In this document: positions 15,051 through 32,560 of the stretch, piece by piece
How the letters are laid out: each line of letters begins with the position of its first letter
Position numbering within the stretch: the first letter of the stretch is position 1
Source: the human T2T-CHM13v2.0 reference genome, Homo sapiens
Strand: one strand, 5' to 3'
NCBI RefSeq assembly: GCF_009914755.1
Contig: NC_060926.1
DNA: 64,000 nucleotides
Position numbers and translations under genes: made by a program
Notes under the pieces: model-generated
Told to the model about the DNA's origin: nothing
What the model saw: the letters and a program-made list of their open reading frames with translations, nothing else
Database searches by the model: none

Positions 15051-15252
15051 GTGACTTTCAGAGGGGGTGCTGTCGAATCCCTAATTCAGAGAAATCTCTA
15101 GAACCAATGGGCTGGAATCTGGGACTCTGAATCCTAAGTCCTCAACTCCTTCGTCTCGGGGTTGACCCCACTTTGTAGGTTTTGCCATTCAGCTGAGAGA
15201 ACTGAGATGCTTTGCCTGGAAGTAAGACGATAGGAAGCCAGCCCAATTCTGA

Positions 15253-15602
<350 letters not shown>

Positions 15603-15804
15603 TGACTAGATAAATCTGGATAAAACTTCCAGAATTTATTTTTCAGATACAGATTTGGAAATAACATGAAAATATTGTCTCTGGCCCCCCAAAAATCTTG
15701 AGCTGGACCAAGCAGTTGGTATTTACTAGGTGCAAACCTGTAGTATAATGTTACTGAGCATTTCATAGAAAACGGTGCCCTCTCTTGGATTTCTTCTTTT
15801 TCAG

Positions 15805-15943
15805 ATTTCTGTTTGCTATGTGAGCTCCAGGCCCCACTCTTTAAACATCAGCTGCTCGGACTTGCTGTTCAGTGGGCTGCTGCTGTACCTCTGTGACTCT
15901 TTTGTGGGAGCTAGCTTTTTGAAAAAGTTTCATTTTCTGAAAG
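15805..15943 (+). CDS. GREB1: GREB1 penultimate coding exon (ISVCYVS...FHFLK)
   Basis: tttcag|ATT and AAAG|gtaact; 139 nt, phase 0/1. Confidence 0.95.
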
Positions 15944-16182
15944 GTAACTTTTGTACTCTTAACTCTGCACCTTGTCTTCAATGGCTGTAGTCACCGGGTA
16001 CCCTGAGGAGGGGACCTTTGGTCCTAGTCCTTATTTGCCCATGGGTAAACTGAGGATCAGAGAGGGAAGTGACTGCCTCAGCCACCCAGGGAAGTGCAAG
16101 AGAGCTGGGATTTGATCCCCGGGGGCTCTCTTTCCCCTATACCTGTTTGGGTAGAGGCAAGACACATCCCCCTTTCTTTTAG

Positions 16183-16521
<339 letters not shown>

Positions 16522-17424
16522 ATGTGTGTTCTTTTCCAACCCAAATCCTTCACATCGGTGTCCCAGTCGTTGCTGACACTCTTCCTCCTGGTAGACGAGT
16601 CTTTCTCCTCATCCTGGGAGGTGCCACACCACCTTGGCTTTTACGCCAGTCTTCCTCCTGTCTGCACCAGCTTGGTTGAGAATGACAAGCACTTGTTCTG
16701 CATGACTTGAAAACACGATTTCCAGTCTGCATTTCCAGTCCTGCTCAGATCCCTAGCTGACCTTCGCTTTCCTTGGTGGCCCTTGGCTCTGACCTTCCCC
16801 TCTAGCAGGCACTGAATGAGCACCAGCAGCATCTAAGGCCTTGGGAAAGATCAAGAGGTTTTACAGCAGTCTCTGCCTTGGGAAACATTTCATCTAAAGG
16901 GAGGACTGGACACAAAGGTGGGGAGGGAGCAGAGAGGGACAGTGTGGAGGAGACTGGGTTGAGGTGTCGCCAGGTGCTGGGAGTTGAGAGGAAGGGGAAT
17001 TCCTGTGGCTGGCACGTGGGACAGTGGGGGCTGCCCCAGGCCTGGATGGGTGGCAGAAGAGGGGGATGAAGCTGTAAGGTGGGGTAGGTAGGGTGGGGTA
17101 TGTGAGCTACCGGCTGGGGCTGAGGATGCTTGGTTTGCGATTCCACCAGCCTCTCTCCTTCCTCTCCGCACCTCGGTTCAGTCCCTGCTCGGCTTTCCTT
17201 CTGCCTCCGTGTTTTCTCCCCCGCACACCTGCCACATCCCAGCCACACTCCTGTCTCGCTAAGATTGTACATCATCCCGAAAGAAGCAAGGGGCCGACTT
17301 GGATGCCGCTTCTGCCCTTCCCAACAGCGCCCTGTCTTGTCATTGCAAGTAGAATCCGGGCAGCCGCTTTCCTCTGGATAAACTCACCTTTTCCCTTCCC
17401 ACACCTCTGCCGTTGTCCACGCAG

Positions 17425-17588
17425 GTGCGACGTTGTGTGTCATCTGTCAGGACCGGAGCTCACTGCGCCAGACGGTCGTCCGCCTGGAGCTCGAGGACGA
17501 GTGGCAGTTCCGGCTGCGCGATGAGTTCCAGACCGCCAATGCCAGGGAAGACCGGCCGCTCTTTTTTCTGACGGGACGACACATCTGA
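17425..17588 (+). CDS. GREB1: GREB1 terminal coding exon (GATLCVICQ...FFLTGRHI*)
   Basis: acgcag|GT acceptor; TGA at 17586-17588; matches the known GREB1 C-terminus. Not in the ORF track in this frame. Confidence 0.95.
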
Positions 17589-18517
17589 GGAAGACAGCGG
17601 CGAGTTTTCTGAAGAGATGAGTGCTCAGAGCCCTCATGCTGTTGAGGCTAAAGGGAGGCCTGGAACGGTGGGGCGTTTGACTGGAATGGACCCCAGGGAC
17701 TGTCCAGGTGCAGCCCCTCCTAGTACACATGGGCCCCCGAGGCCGTGGTCCTGGGAGCCAGGAAGACTCCGCAGTGGGTGAGAATGAAAACTTGAGACTC
17801 CCAAGTTCTGGGCCAGCCCATTGCTCTGGGCTGTTTTAAAGCCCATTTCACGAGGAACAAAGATTTACTTCCTGTCCTGCCATTCGTGTGCTTCCATGGA
17901 CAAACCTGATTTTTTTCTCTTAGTTCTAAAGAATCTTGGGTTATTTTGTAGCGGTGCCAGTATTTCAGTAGATGGGATTTCAGCCAAGTAGGTTCCCCTG
18001 TAACCTCCTACAAAGCAATATTCCAAAGGAACATTTTAACTGTAAAGGCTGGAGACAAGAAAAAATAAGTAGATCGTTTTAATAACAATTATTTAATTGC
18101 CTATAAGTTTGCTGTTTCAGAGGCTAGCCCAAAGGCATCAAATTTAATAAAGTTAAACAAATTGATTTACTTCAGAGCAAATATGATCCTATTAAAATAA
18201 TATAGGGTAAATACCCTACCTCTTAGAAAGGGCAAAAATGCAAAGAAGCTTTCTTTAAAACTAAAAGGGTTTTTTGGGGGGGGAGTTGGCGGGGAGGAAA
18301 TAAGGCTAACAGAGGTTGACCTAAAATTAGCCTTACAAAGGAGAAAGGACCACATTGCTTACTTGAAACAGACAATGAAAACAACCAAAGTGATATATAA
18401 AATAGTTGATGAGAACTAGACTTATGACTGTAGTTTACTAGAGTTTAGTTTTCAGTTGCTGAAGTAGCTCATTTTCTCTTACTAATGTTTGGTTCCTCAG
18501 GGAAGAATCTCACTTGA

Positions 18518-18933
<416 letters not shown>

Positions 18934-19253
18934 CCAGAATGGTTTTTAAAGCCACAGTTGAGAGGCCACCCATTGCCCGGCGCCTGGACAGTGATCATCT
19001 TGTTCATCTTGTTCAGTCCTTTCTTGTGTGATTGGAATTATTCATCCCCTTTGAAAGATGAGAAGGTTGAGATGCAAAGAGTCTACCTTTCCAAGTTCTC
19101 ACTGCTGGAAAGAGCTAGAAGCACAGTTCAAAGTTCTGGCTTCTGGACTCTGCAGTCCAGGTCTCCCTTCTCCCACTTGCCTACCCTCAATGCCACACTG
19201 TTTTTGAAGTGGCCCATAACTTGAAGGAAAAGTTTAAAGACAGTTCAATTTAA

Positions 19254-19613
<360 letters not shown>

Positions 19614-19915
19614 TAAGCACTCTAATGGATAACAATCCAAGAATAAATGATTGTAAAAGATGATGCCGAAGAGTTGATGTCAATCTTTTTTTCCTAAGAA
19701 AAAAAGTCCGCGAGTATTAAATATTTAGATCAATGTTTATAAAATGATTACTTTGTATATCTCATTATTCCTATTTTGGAATAAAAACTGACCTTCTTTA
19801 ATCATATACTTGTCTTTTGTAAATAGCAGCTTTTGTGTCATTCTCCCCACTTTATTAGTTAATTTAAATTGGAAAAAACCCTCAAACTAATATTCTTGTC
19901 TGTTCCAGTCTTATA

Positions 19916-19921
19916 AATAAA
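19916..19921 (+). terminator. GREB1: GREB1 distal polyadenylation signal AATAAA
   Basis: AATAAA followed about 15 nt later by tgtattgttttgttggtg. Confidence 0.75.
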
Positions 19922-21022
19922 ACTTATAATGCATGTATTGTTTTGTTGGTGAGTATTCATAGCACTGTTTCGAGATAAGGTAGTGTGGCTAGTCATCTCT
20001 GGGGACTAGCTGCTTAAAATGGATAGTTTTGGAAAAGAAATAAGAATAAAACCATAAAAGTGGAATATATTAACATGTTGCAGAATTCCTGAGGATAAAA
20101 AGGCAGACTGCATTGGACGTGCAGGAGAACAAATATGGAGGAAACCAGCTCAGAATGTGCAGAGAAGCCTGCCACCAAGGGAAGAAAGTTTGGGGGGACT
20201 CTGAGCTTCACGGTGGCTGCAAAGAGTGGAAGGGACCTGGGGCATTTGTCTGGATGATCACCAGGGGGAGCGGTTTGGAGCAGCCAGCCTGGTTGATTCC
20301 CTGCAGCGCTTCCCGCCACGCTTCCCATACTCCACTGACCTGGGCTAAGCATGCGGCCATGGCTAAGGCCAGTGGCCCCCTTGCTCACTGCCCATCGGCT
20401 CCCTGGACCCTGCCAGGCAAGTGCCCACTCAGGCCTGCTGCCTCTCATGCCAGGAGTGCTCATCCCTTGGACTCTCCCACACCCTGATGTTTTCTTGCTA
20501 CTCGTAAGTCACCTTCCCAATGAGGCCATCCCATACTGGGGAACTACTAACATAGAATACATTTTTGCTATTTTTGTCTCCTTCTGTGAAGGTAGGAATT
20601 CTGTAAGAAACATTCAGTGCTGCATGCCCAGAGCTTTGAATTTGCCCAGCTCCTGGTATGTGCTCATTCATTGCCCACTCAGTGAATGAATGAATCTCTC
20701 ATACCCGCAATGATCTCAACATGGGAGCAGGGGTGGGAGTGATCAGTGATGGAGAAACTAAGAAAATAGTGAAGTCGAGCTGAAATTTTTGATTTACAGG
20801 GTCAGCACTGATTAATATGCTGGTAGAAAAGGAACATTTAAATATGCATGTTAAGCATTTCGGATGACCACTGGGAGAAAAGAAAGGATGTCCAACATCT
20901 AAAACATTAAAGGGAAGACAGCAAACACCACATCAATGAAATCCAACATAAGGAAAGAACAGTTGGGGATGGGGAGAACAACAGGAAATCTTGGCAAATA
21001 AGAAACAAAATTAGATGGCAGG

Positions 21023-21430
21023 TGTGTGTGTCCATTTGTATGTTACTATAAAGGAATACCTGAGACTGGGTAATTTATAAGAGGTTTATTGGCTCACGGT
21101 TCTGCAGGCTGTATAGGAAGCATGGTGCTGGCATCTGCTCCTGGTGAAGGCTTCAGGAAGCTTCCAATCACCGTGGAAGGTGAAGGGGGGCAGACACATT
21201 GTGAGAGCAGGAGCAAGAGAGAGGTGGGGAGGTGCCACACACTTTTAAACAACCAGATCTCGTGTGAACTCACAGGGAGAACCCACTCATCCTGAGGACA
21301 GCACCAAGCAATCTAAGCACGATGGAATCTGCCCCCCATGACCTAAACACCTCCCACCAGGCCCCACCTCCAATATTGGGGATCACATTTCAACATGAGA
21401 TTTGGAGGGGACAAACATCCAAACATATCA
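21023..21430. mobile_element. MST-family solo LTR (MaLR)
   Basis: ataaaggaatacctgagactggg...ggacaaacatccaaacatatca. Confidence 0.8.
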
Positions 21431-21604
21431 ACAGTCAAAAGAAATATAAGTGGATTAAATTTACCTAAAAATAGATTGAGGTGCTCAGATTGGACTGAGA
21501 AAGCTAATCAGAATAGAATTTAACATTTTGATCACAAACTTATGTAGACATGCCCACATGCTATGAAATATATAAAGTGAGAACTGTTAGAAATATGAGA
21601 AGAG

Positions 21605-21735
21605 GGGCGGGCATGATGGCTCAACATCTGTAATCCCAACACTTTGGGAGGCCAAGATGGGAGGAGTGCCTGAGCTCGGGAGTTAGAGACCAGCCTGGGC
21701 AACATGGCAAGACCCCACCTCTATAAAAAATATAT
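21605..21735 (+). mobile_element. FLAM / Alu left monomer
   Basis: Single Alu arm with short A tail. Confidence 0.75.
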
Positions 21736-22169
21736 ATATGAGAAGAATGCATAAATTCCGTAGTCATAAATGGAGACCACTCCATCTCTCTCAGAAACAG
21801 AGGAAGGAGACCAATAGAAATGAAATCTGATGGGCATAGAAAGTGTTGGACATAAAGTTACCTTCAAATGAGAGAGTTCTGTGTTACACAAATCATTCCA
21901 GAAAATCAGAAAATGTTCTGGAACTAGAGAGCAGTGATTGTTACACAACGTTGTGAATATGCTAACTGTCAAGAATAGTAAATTTTTTGGTATATTTTAC
22001 TACCATAAAATAAAACTTCCAGAGCATTGGAAAATATAGACATCTGTACTTCTGCAAGGCCGGAAATAACACTAATCCCAAACCAGTTAAGAATAGTAAA
22101 GACATTAAAAAGAATTATGGTTCCAGTTTCTTTTTTTTCTTTAAGAAAGAGGGTTTTTTTTTTAACTAC

Positions 22170-23050
<881 letters not shown>

Positions 23051-24572
23051 TGTTGCAGAATTTATTTCACAGTTATTTGTATATTTAGATTTTATCCAAC
23101 GTTCTAAAATGTACATTCTGGGAAATTATCTGTTTCATAAAAACCTTCAAGTTTTCTGGCATAAATTTAAACATTATGTATTTGTGTGGGAATTTTAAGA
23201 ATCTCTTTACTATCTTCATTTCTCTTTTTTAGTGTCATATCTCTGTCTTCTCATTTTTCTAGTTAGGTCTTGCCAAAAACTTATTTTTTTAAGTCTTATT
23301 TATTTTTAAAGTTTTATTTTTAAGGATTTAGGAGGTACAAGTGCAGGCTTCTTACATGTATGTATTGTGTAGTGGTGAAGTCTGGGCTTCTAGTGAACCC
23401 ATCACCTGAAGAGTGAACATTGTATCCAATAGGTAGAAAATGTGTAAGACCTCTGTGAAGATAGTTATAAAACATCCATGAAAGAAATAAAAGAAGATAG
23501 ATTAAATTAAATATAGAGAAAACTATGTCCTAATGGAAAGATTCAGTATTATCAAACTACCAATTCCTCCCCCAACCCTACCCCCAAATTAACTTATAAG
23601 TTCAATACAAAGCTAATCCAAATCCCAACCAGATTGTTTCTGGAAGCTGCCTATTGAGATTGACATTCTCACTCTGAATCCAGATGTAAGACAAAACAGT
23701 AGTTAAACAAATGAAGACCAAAATGTCCCCTGTTGTATCAATAAGGCAGATGTAGGCATATCAGTATCAACAAGGTTTCCAGTGCTGAAGCTGGAATTAG
23801 GCCTTCCTACCTGGCCGCAAGCAGCAGACACCATGTGGGGTCTCGTCCGCACAAATGTATAGCTTGGAAGAGCAGGCAGGATCCTGTGCTCCTCAGGCAG
23901 GCTGGGTCCAGGGGCAGAGGGAAGGAGTAGATTGCTGAGTTATGCAGGCCAGCTCCTTCCCTGAACCTATAACACAGGTTACTTCTTTGCCCATGGCAAA
24001 GGGTAAGTGAGGAGGTAGACAGAAGCTAGAAATGTTACATTAATGGTGTTCCCTGCATGTAGGAGGAAATATCAGAAGTTGGGAACAAATGTTTCCTGTT
24101 AGTTTACCTCAGTTTTTGATTCCCTAACCCACTGGGCTTGACCATTAAGCCTACAGTCAGTATAGGCTGACCCCTAGGGGGATGAACAGTCCTTGGGGGA
24201 AGCTCTGCTCTCATTTTTAAGACCACCTTCCCAAAAACAATGTTTGCTTTTTCTGAATCTTCCTTGAAGCCCTTGATGGTGCCGTAGACTTGACCCCAGG
24301 AGGTGGCCGTGTGTTTCGGAGGGGGGTGTCCTGAGATGAAGGGACCGGGACCCTGCACAGACCCTCGCCCTCATAATGATGTTCTATGACAAGAACCAGT
24401 GACCATTTTTTTACACTGTTGAGCTACTGCAATTTCAGGGTTCATTTGTGATGTTGGCATTACTTAACCTATCTTGATGAGCAATGTGAATTGTGCCTGC
24501 TAGGATTATGCAACTTGATGGCCCTGAGAGATGTTCCAATAACCGTCTGCTAACAAAATGGAGATGTCCCTG

Positions 24573-24934
24573 TGATGTGGTTTGACTGTGTCCCCACCCA
24601 AATCTTATCTTGAATTATAGCTCCCATAATTTCTGCATGTCGTGGGAGGGACCTGGTGGGAGACAACTGAATCATGGGGGCAGTTTTCCCCATGCTGTTC
24701 TTGTGGTCATGACTAAGTCTCATGAGATCTGATGGTTTTATAAGGGAAAAGCCATTTCACTTGGTTCTCATTCTCTCTTGTCTGCCACCATGTAAGACGT
24801 GGCTTTTGCCTTCTGCCATGATTGTGAGGCCTCCCTGGCCACGTGGAACTATGTGTCCATTAAACCTCTTTTTCTTTATAAATTACCCAGTCTCTGGTAT
24901 GTCTTTATCACCAGCATGAAAATGGATTAATACA
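24573..24934. mobile_element. THE1-family solo LTR (opposite orientation to the 2927 copy)
   Basis: tgatgtggtttg...attaataca. Confidence 0.85.
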
Positions 24935-27900
24935 CCCCACTTTTGAATATTAATCCTCTCCTATTATATATTTTGGGGGCAAAATCAAAGTCCCTCATCA
25001 GTTGATGTTCACAGACATTGAAACACAAAGGAATCAAATGTAAAGCAGAAATGGATGAAAAATCCGAAGAAATTATATGTATTCTTTAAGGTAAAGTCCC
25101 AATCCATCTTCCCTTACTTGTTATTCAGCTTCTTCTCACCCAGGAATGTTCTAGATGCCTGGTAGAGTTGGGGCTCCCTCTGCAGCTGCAGCCTGGGAAT
25201 GCTCACTGGACTGGATTCCTCCAGGTTCTCTGAAGGTTGTGTTAGCACATTGGTAATTAATTGATGTTCCCCAGTTTTTAGATCCAGCGATTCAAGGAAT
25301 CGATGCAATTATTAAAGTACTGGGCTTTCCCTCATAACATTTAGAAAACAAGGAGATTTTCTCAGGCAAAATTATGTTAAAGTACACTGTTTAATGCTTC
25401 CAAAAGCCACAGAGGACCCTCGGTGATATCTGAGTGAAGGAGGAGCATGGGAAAATCCTTTTGGTTTTAGTCATTCCAGGAAGCCGGTCTGTGCCTGTGG
25501 GTCTGGAATCCACAACGTCTGCACTTCAATTCAACTGGGTAACTCCCCCATCCACGTTAAGGATGGTGCTGTTTCCACTACCCAGGGGAAACACCATCTC
25601 TGCCTGCTCTTTCCTATCTCAAACAATGAGACTTGGAGGCATCACTGCCTTCCTGTGAAGTTGAGAAACCTGCTTAGCATGATCATCCCATCACAGCAGT
25701 AACATTCAAGGGCCCACCCTCTTGGTTGACCAGCTGTCCCCAGACACTCTCACCCATGTGCAGGTGTTTGCAGTCCTGCCATGGGGCAGAACCTGCTTGG
25801 AGCTATGGAGCCTGCTTCTTGGAGAAGCTTCCCCCACCCCCTCACATTTGTTTCTGCTGGAGAATCAATCACCTTCCCAAACCCTGGTGAAGGCCAGCAC
25901 TGCTCATATGCAGTGAAGGCCAGTACTGCTCATATGTTTCTTGACATACCCTCCTCCCTCATTTTGGAGTGCCCATGGCTTTCAATCCCCTTTCTTTCTG
26001 CTATATTTTTTCTATTTAGAAGGATGTGCCACTCCTGTCTCCTTTTTTCCTGCTAAGAGCTGCCTCTATCCTGCTTCCTGAGTTGATCTCCCTCGTCTCT
26101 AACACTTGTAGGGCTAGGCCGTGAATAGATAATGGTGAATGGGACTGCCTTTTACGATTTCTTTTATTTTCTGCACAGACATTTGTTTTCCTAATGTGCT
26201 TCTCTAGATTTTGTCTTGTTGGGCTTCCCACAGTGAGAGAGATGAAATCGATGAGTCTGGGATCTGCCAATTCTATCTACTATGCAAATAAAAATGTTCA
26301 TTTTAACTTAACTTATTTTAGCACAAACATATTTATCCCTTACCACATACATATCATTTTTGACTCCCTGTTCTAAGTGTGTCACAAATATTAACTTACC
26401 TCCCTGCATAGAACCATCAGGAGCTATTTTGTCAGGCCAGCATCTAACCCAGGCTGGGGCTTGATCCACCCACGTGCTGTCTGGCTCCTCTCCAATAGAT
26501 CTCATCTTGACTGGGCCTTCCCTAGATCCCATATTCTATACATTTCTCAGGGATGCTCCTTAAGGACCCAGCAATTTCTGTATTTCCACCTACAGAGAAC
26601 TTGAAACTCAGTTAATAGCATTTTGAGTATTTACATTGCTATCTCTAGACTTCCCCTCTCAAACATACCCAGATTTTCTGTAACTACTTGGCACTGTGGT
26701 CATATTTTAAGGGATTGTTCCCCAATTACTCCTACTCCAAAACGTATCTGTGGCTTTAAAAGTCGCATCTCCAGAGTTTCCTGGGTCCTCGGTCCCTTTG
26801 CGGTCACATGCCAGGCTGCTGTTCTTGTCAGATGAGCAGAATGTTCTTCCCCTCATCACTTCTGATCTCACACAACTAAGACATCACCCCCTTTTCTAAT
26901 ACCTTCCTTAAGAACAGTTGGATCTAGGCCTCTCTCCAGTTCCTCGTTGTATGTCTCACTGGCCTTCAACATCTCATTTTTCATTTCATATCAGTCTAGT
27001 CTCTCTCCTCAGTTCTCAGCCTTTCTGCTAAGAAAATATCTCCATCTCTCTAACTCATCTTCGCTGCTTTTGTCCTTACTCTTCTATAGTCCAATGATGA
27101 TGGGGGCACACACTTTCTAAACCACTCTAGCTCCTCCTAGGCAGACTTGATTTTCTAGAACAGTGTTCCAAACACAAAAGCGAAAAATAACACTTTTATG
27201 TTAGCAGTTTTATGTATACTGACATGGAGATATTGATCAGAGAAAGAAACACAAACTTTAGTTTACATGTAAAAATACATAGGCGTAATTTATGCATGTA
27301 TTTTTGCTTATGTGTAGAAAGAAACTGGAATAATGAACACCAAACTGTTGACAATGACCACATTAGGGAAGGGGCAGGGAGTGGGGTGTGTTGAGGGGGC
27401 TTCCGCATTTTTCTCTCTGGCCTTCCAGATGCTTTACTTTTTTGTAAGGTAAGAGGACTTATGTGTAAATTGTACACTTTTTCTTAAACAGGAAATTCCC
27501 CACTACTCAAATGTCACACACACACACACACAATATGATAGTGTTCCTTCTCTGTTTCAATGATTGATTGTGTCACTCCTCTGGTTAAAACTTTTCAGTA
27601 AATCCCTCCTATTTGGCGGCATTTTTTTCCTCTGAGCTCCCACCCTTTCCCGTTAGCTCTGGTGATCTGCTGCTCTGTGGTTTTCATCTACCATCAGGGC
27701 CTGTCTTGTCTTCATCTCCTCATGCCTTTCCACTCCCTTCCAGAAGGGCTTCTCAAGTGTGTCACCAAACCCCAGATTGAATTCCTACACTGTCGTTCCC
27801 TCTCTACTGCCTGCAGGGCATTGCCATGCTCCCTTTTGTCACAACTTGTCCTTTCCTTGATGGCCTTTTGCATGCGATGCCAAGGAGCCATGCTTTCTTG

Positions 27901-30134
27901 CAAGCTATGAAGGGAAGAAATCATTGTCTGGGATAGTAAATCCATTTGCCAGGGTGTGCTCCTGACCTATTGCACATTTTATCCTGCAGAATTCCTCACC
28001 CTCAATTTGGTCCTGTGTGTGTGTGTATGTATCTTTACTTTTCTTTATGGAATGAAGAAAAATCAAATTCAATTTTTTTCAGTTGGTAAGGCTTGCCCTT
28101 GGCCTTGCTTCCTAACTGTTTTGGAGTTGGTGGATTCTCCTTCTCCGTGCCATGGATAAGGGCTGGTTAGGATGCAATGCCTCTGACCTATCTCTAGACA
28201 TGATCCAAATCAGGACATTTGGGTTGATGTCAGTGTTATTACCAGGTTCTTTCTAAACTAATGTAGAAGAGGGAACTGATGGGGAGGTATAAAATGGAGG
28301 TGCAGGTTTCCAATGACTTCAAAGTCTTCATCTACACTTCTGGCAGTGGGAAGCTAAGCAAATTCCGACTTATTTTAAACCTAGAGGTGTGCTGTTTTAG
28401 GCAATAGAGCATTTTCTTTAACCAGTGGTTGAAAATTCCAGCAGTTTGATAGCTACTAGAAGTTAGGAGATTTTTCGCTTCCATTCCTTGCTTTTCCTAA
28501 TGTCATTAGCCCTTCCCCATTGTATCTTTACCTTTGTTCTACTGGAAAGGGCTGTGTCAGGGGACTCTTAGCCAGATGTCATTTTGAACAGGAAGCCCCA
28601 TTCATGCGCCTCTAACAGTCCATACACAACCAACCGTTAAACCCTCCTATTTCTTCATTTAGGGGGCACTCCAAGACCTGCAAGAATCTTTTCTAGGACA
28701 CTCTGAGAGTTAAGACCCTCGCTTACCCCAGGACTCTGCTTTACAGTCTCAAGTCCAACCAAATAGAAAGTCCTCAAAACCCAAACCAATCAGCAAAACC
28801 CAACCTTACTACAAGGGTTCACAGTGGGCTGGGGCTGTAGGTCAGTGTTTAATGGGTCTTCATGACTATGTGCTATGCACCACTAACTTAGTGCCTACTA
28901 GGCCTAGCTTTAGAGCTGTTTTCTCTGTTCCTTGCCATCTGGGCTCAGAGATGCTTTTCTGACCTGCCTAGTAGTCAGGGTCAGAGATAGTTCCCAAAGA
29001 AAAAAATCACCTGGATGCTTTTAGCTAATTAAGAGCTGCTACAGTAACAGAGGAGGAATCATCCTGCAAGAAGCAACATTGATTATGTAGGAGTTGGAGT
29101 TCCCATGGCAGGATGTGGCAGTGGAGAGGGCTTGGCATTTCAAATCAGAAGACTTGGGTTCGAGCTTCTATTCCTTGGCCAAGTCACCCAGCTCCCCAGA
29201 GAGTGTGTTAGCTACAAAATGAACATAGTGAGTAGCAAACATTTGTGAGCACCCACTCTGTGCCAGGCATTTTACTAGATGACTAAATATTCATTATTTC
29301 ATTGAATCAACACAATACTCTGAGATGGATATTATTGGGATCATCTTATGGAAGAAGAAACTGGGGCTCCGAGAGGTAAAATGACTTGTCTAAGATGACA
29401 CAGCTATTAAGTGATAGAACAAACCTAGATTCATGCCTGCATGTGTAATAATATTTCCACTAACGTCACAGCTGCTTCCTGTTCTGAGCAATTTACTGCC
29501 ACTGAATGCCATATATTAGAAGGCAATGTTGGCTCGCAAGGTTCTGTGTACAATCAAGGTACAGATCCAATCTTTTCTCACTGGGAAACCCAGTTCTCGG
29601 GTTTCCTGGAGGTAATCCTGGGTGTGGGCATTTATGAAACATACCACATTATGTGCCATCCAGAGTGTGGGACAGCCCAGTATTAAGGTTTAGAAATCAC
29701 TTTTAATCTTAAAAATTGCATGAAACCTCCTAGATCTGGCTTAAGATTCTGCAGACAGCTTTTGTTGAAGGGAAGACTGTGAACCAAGGGTGCATCCAGT
29801 GTTGACAGCTTTCATTTCTTTTTCAGTCTACTTGCTTGGGCAGATTTCCCAGCCCAGAGGGAATTAGCATTTTACTTCACAAAACAGTTGGAAAGGCCAG
29901 TGCAGCTTTTTAAAGGCCTTCACGTCTAGAGAAGAAACAAGAATTCTTCTATGACTGCATTTGTCATTCGCCAAATATGCTGTCCCAGTTCTCCTTCTCC
30001 TTTCTTTCTAAAACTTTGGCAAGGACTCGTTCTTCTCATTTGAGACCATGGGCTACTCCAACTCTAATTCTTGCTCTATCCAAGGGTCTTTCCCAGGGTG
30101 GGAGTCCACCCTGCTGGAGGGGGGAGTTTGGGTG

Positions 30135-30598
30135 GTATTACAGGTCGAATCATGTCCTGAAAAAAGATGTGTTGAACTCTTAAGCCCCAGGACCTCAGAA
30201 TGGGAACTTATTTGGAAATAGGGTCGTTACTGATATAATTACTGATATAACTAGCTAAGATGAGGTCATAGTGGAGTGAAGGGGTCCCATATGGTCATAA
30301 TCCAGTATGACTGGTGTCCTTCTAAGATGGGAGAGAGAGACGTGGAGGCAGACAGACTATCATGTGACAATGGAGGCAGAGATTAGAGTGATAAATTTAC
30401 AAGCCAAGAATGCCAAGGTTTGCTGAGAACCATCGGAAGCTGGAAGAAGCAAGGAAGTTTCCTCCCCTAGAGTCTTGTGCCCTGCCAACACCTGGATTTC
30501 AGATCTGTAGCCTCCGGGATTGTGAGAGAATACATTTCTGTTGTTTTAAGACACGCAGTTTGTGTTACTTTGTTATGGCAGCCATAAGAAACTAACAC
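30135..30598 (+). mobile_element. MLT1-type LTR
   Basis: cctcagaatgggaacttatttggaaatagg...ttgttatggcagccataagaaactaacaca. Confidence 0.75.
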
Positions 30599-31339
30599 AG
30601 GTGCGTAGTGCATACTTCATCTTTCAATGTTTAGCGAAAGCCTCCTAGGATTCTGATACTGATAAAGTCATGGCTCAGAGACGGAAGCTTGATGAAATAA
30701 ACACTTCTGGGGTCTCTCTCTTGATCTTGGCAAGGCAAGCAGGCAAGCAAGCAAGCAAGCAAGCAGGTATGCAGCCAAACCAACCAATCACACAAAGAAA
30801 TACACAATTTAAAAATTTTAAATATAGAATTATAATAATAATCTGCATTCAGGTGCCCATAGAGTCCCTTTATAATCATGACAGCTACTGTTGTTTTATT
30901 TTATTTTTATTTTTTTTTTGCCCCAGAAGATGTAAATCAAAAATTTGAAATTTGATAGTGGTTATCTGCATGGTGGGACTACGACTGATCCTCTTCTTTC
31001 TTCCTTTTTAAAATGTTGAGATAATTATATATTCACATGCAGTTTTAAGGAAGAATACAAGATTCTGTGCACCTTACTAGCATTTTGACATCGATAGGTT
31101 TAAGATACAGTACAATTCCATCACTGTAAGAATCCTTCATATCACATGTTTAAAACAACACTCACCTCTCTCTAGGGCCCCCTCCCCACATCCCAGACAC
31201 TTGGCAATCACTAATATCTTCCCCATTTCTATAATTTTGACAGCTACTATTTATTGAGTTGTTTTGGGTGCTAGGTAATACAGTAAGGATTTTTTCATAT
31301 TCCTGATACCAATTGATTCTTAAAACCCAGCAGATAGTT

Positions 31340-31778
<439 letters not shown>

Positions 31779-32269
31779 TTAATCAAGGCTCAGTGTTACC
31801 ACCTGGGACAACATCAGGGGAACGAAATTCCTATCTGCAATTTGTTATCTCAAGATTATACAAACAATATTATGTCAACACATGAAAGAAAACTGGTTTA
31901 GTGGTTCTTTTTTCTCCATACGTTTCTGCGTCTGCTGCGTGCCCCCAATTATTGTGCCTGGATGGTGTGATGAAGAGGACAGCCACTAGTACTGTTCTGG
32001 GGTCACTCATACCTCTTTAGCAAAGCCCCCACTTTTATTTTTAAGTGCTTCATTCTGACCTTCTCTCTGTATCTGTGTGATGTGTACATAATATCATAAT
32101 TTGTCTTGTTTTCTTTCCTAGTCATATAATCAGAATATGCTTATATTGCTAAATACACTTTATAATTTATATTTGTTAAGGACGACCTAATAATTGGGAT
32201 TTGATTGAACAAGGGCATTGTGATTCACTCAGCTCCATAATGTTGGTCCTCGAATCTCTTGTCGTCTTT

Positions 32270-32560
<291 letters not shown>

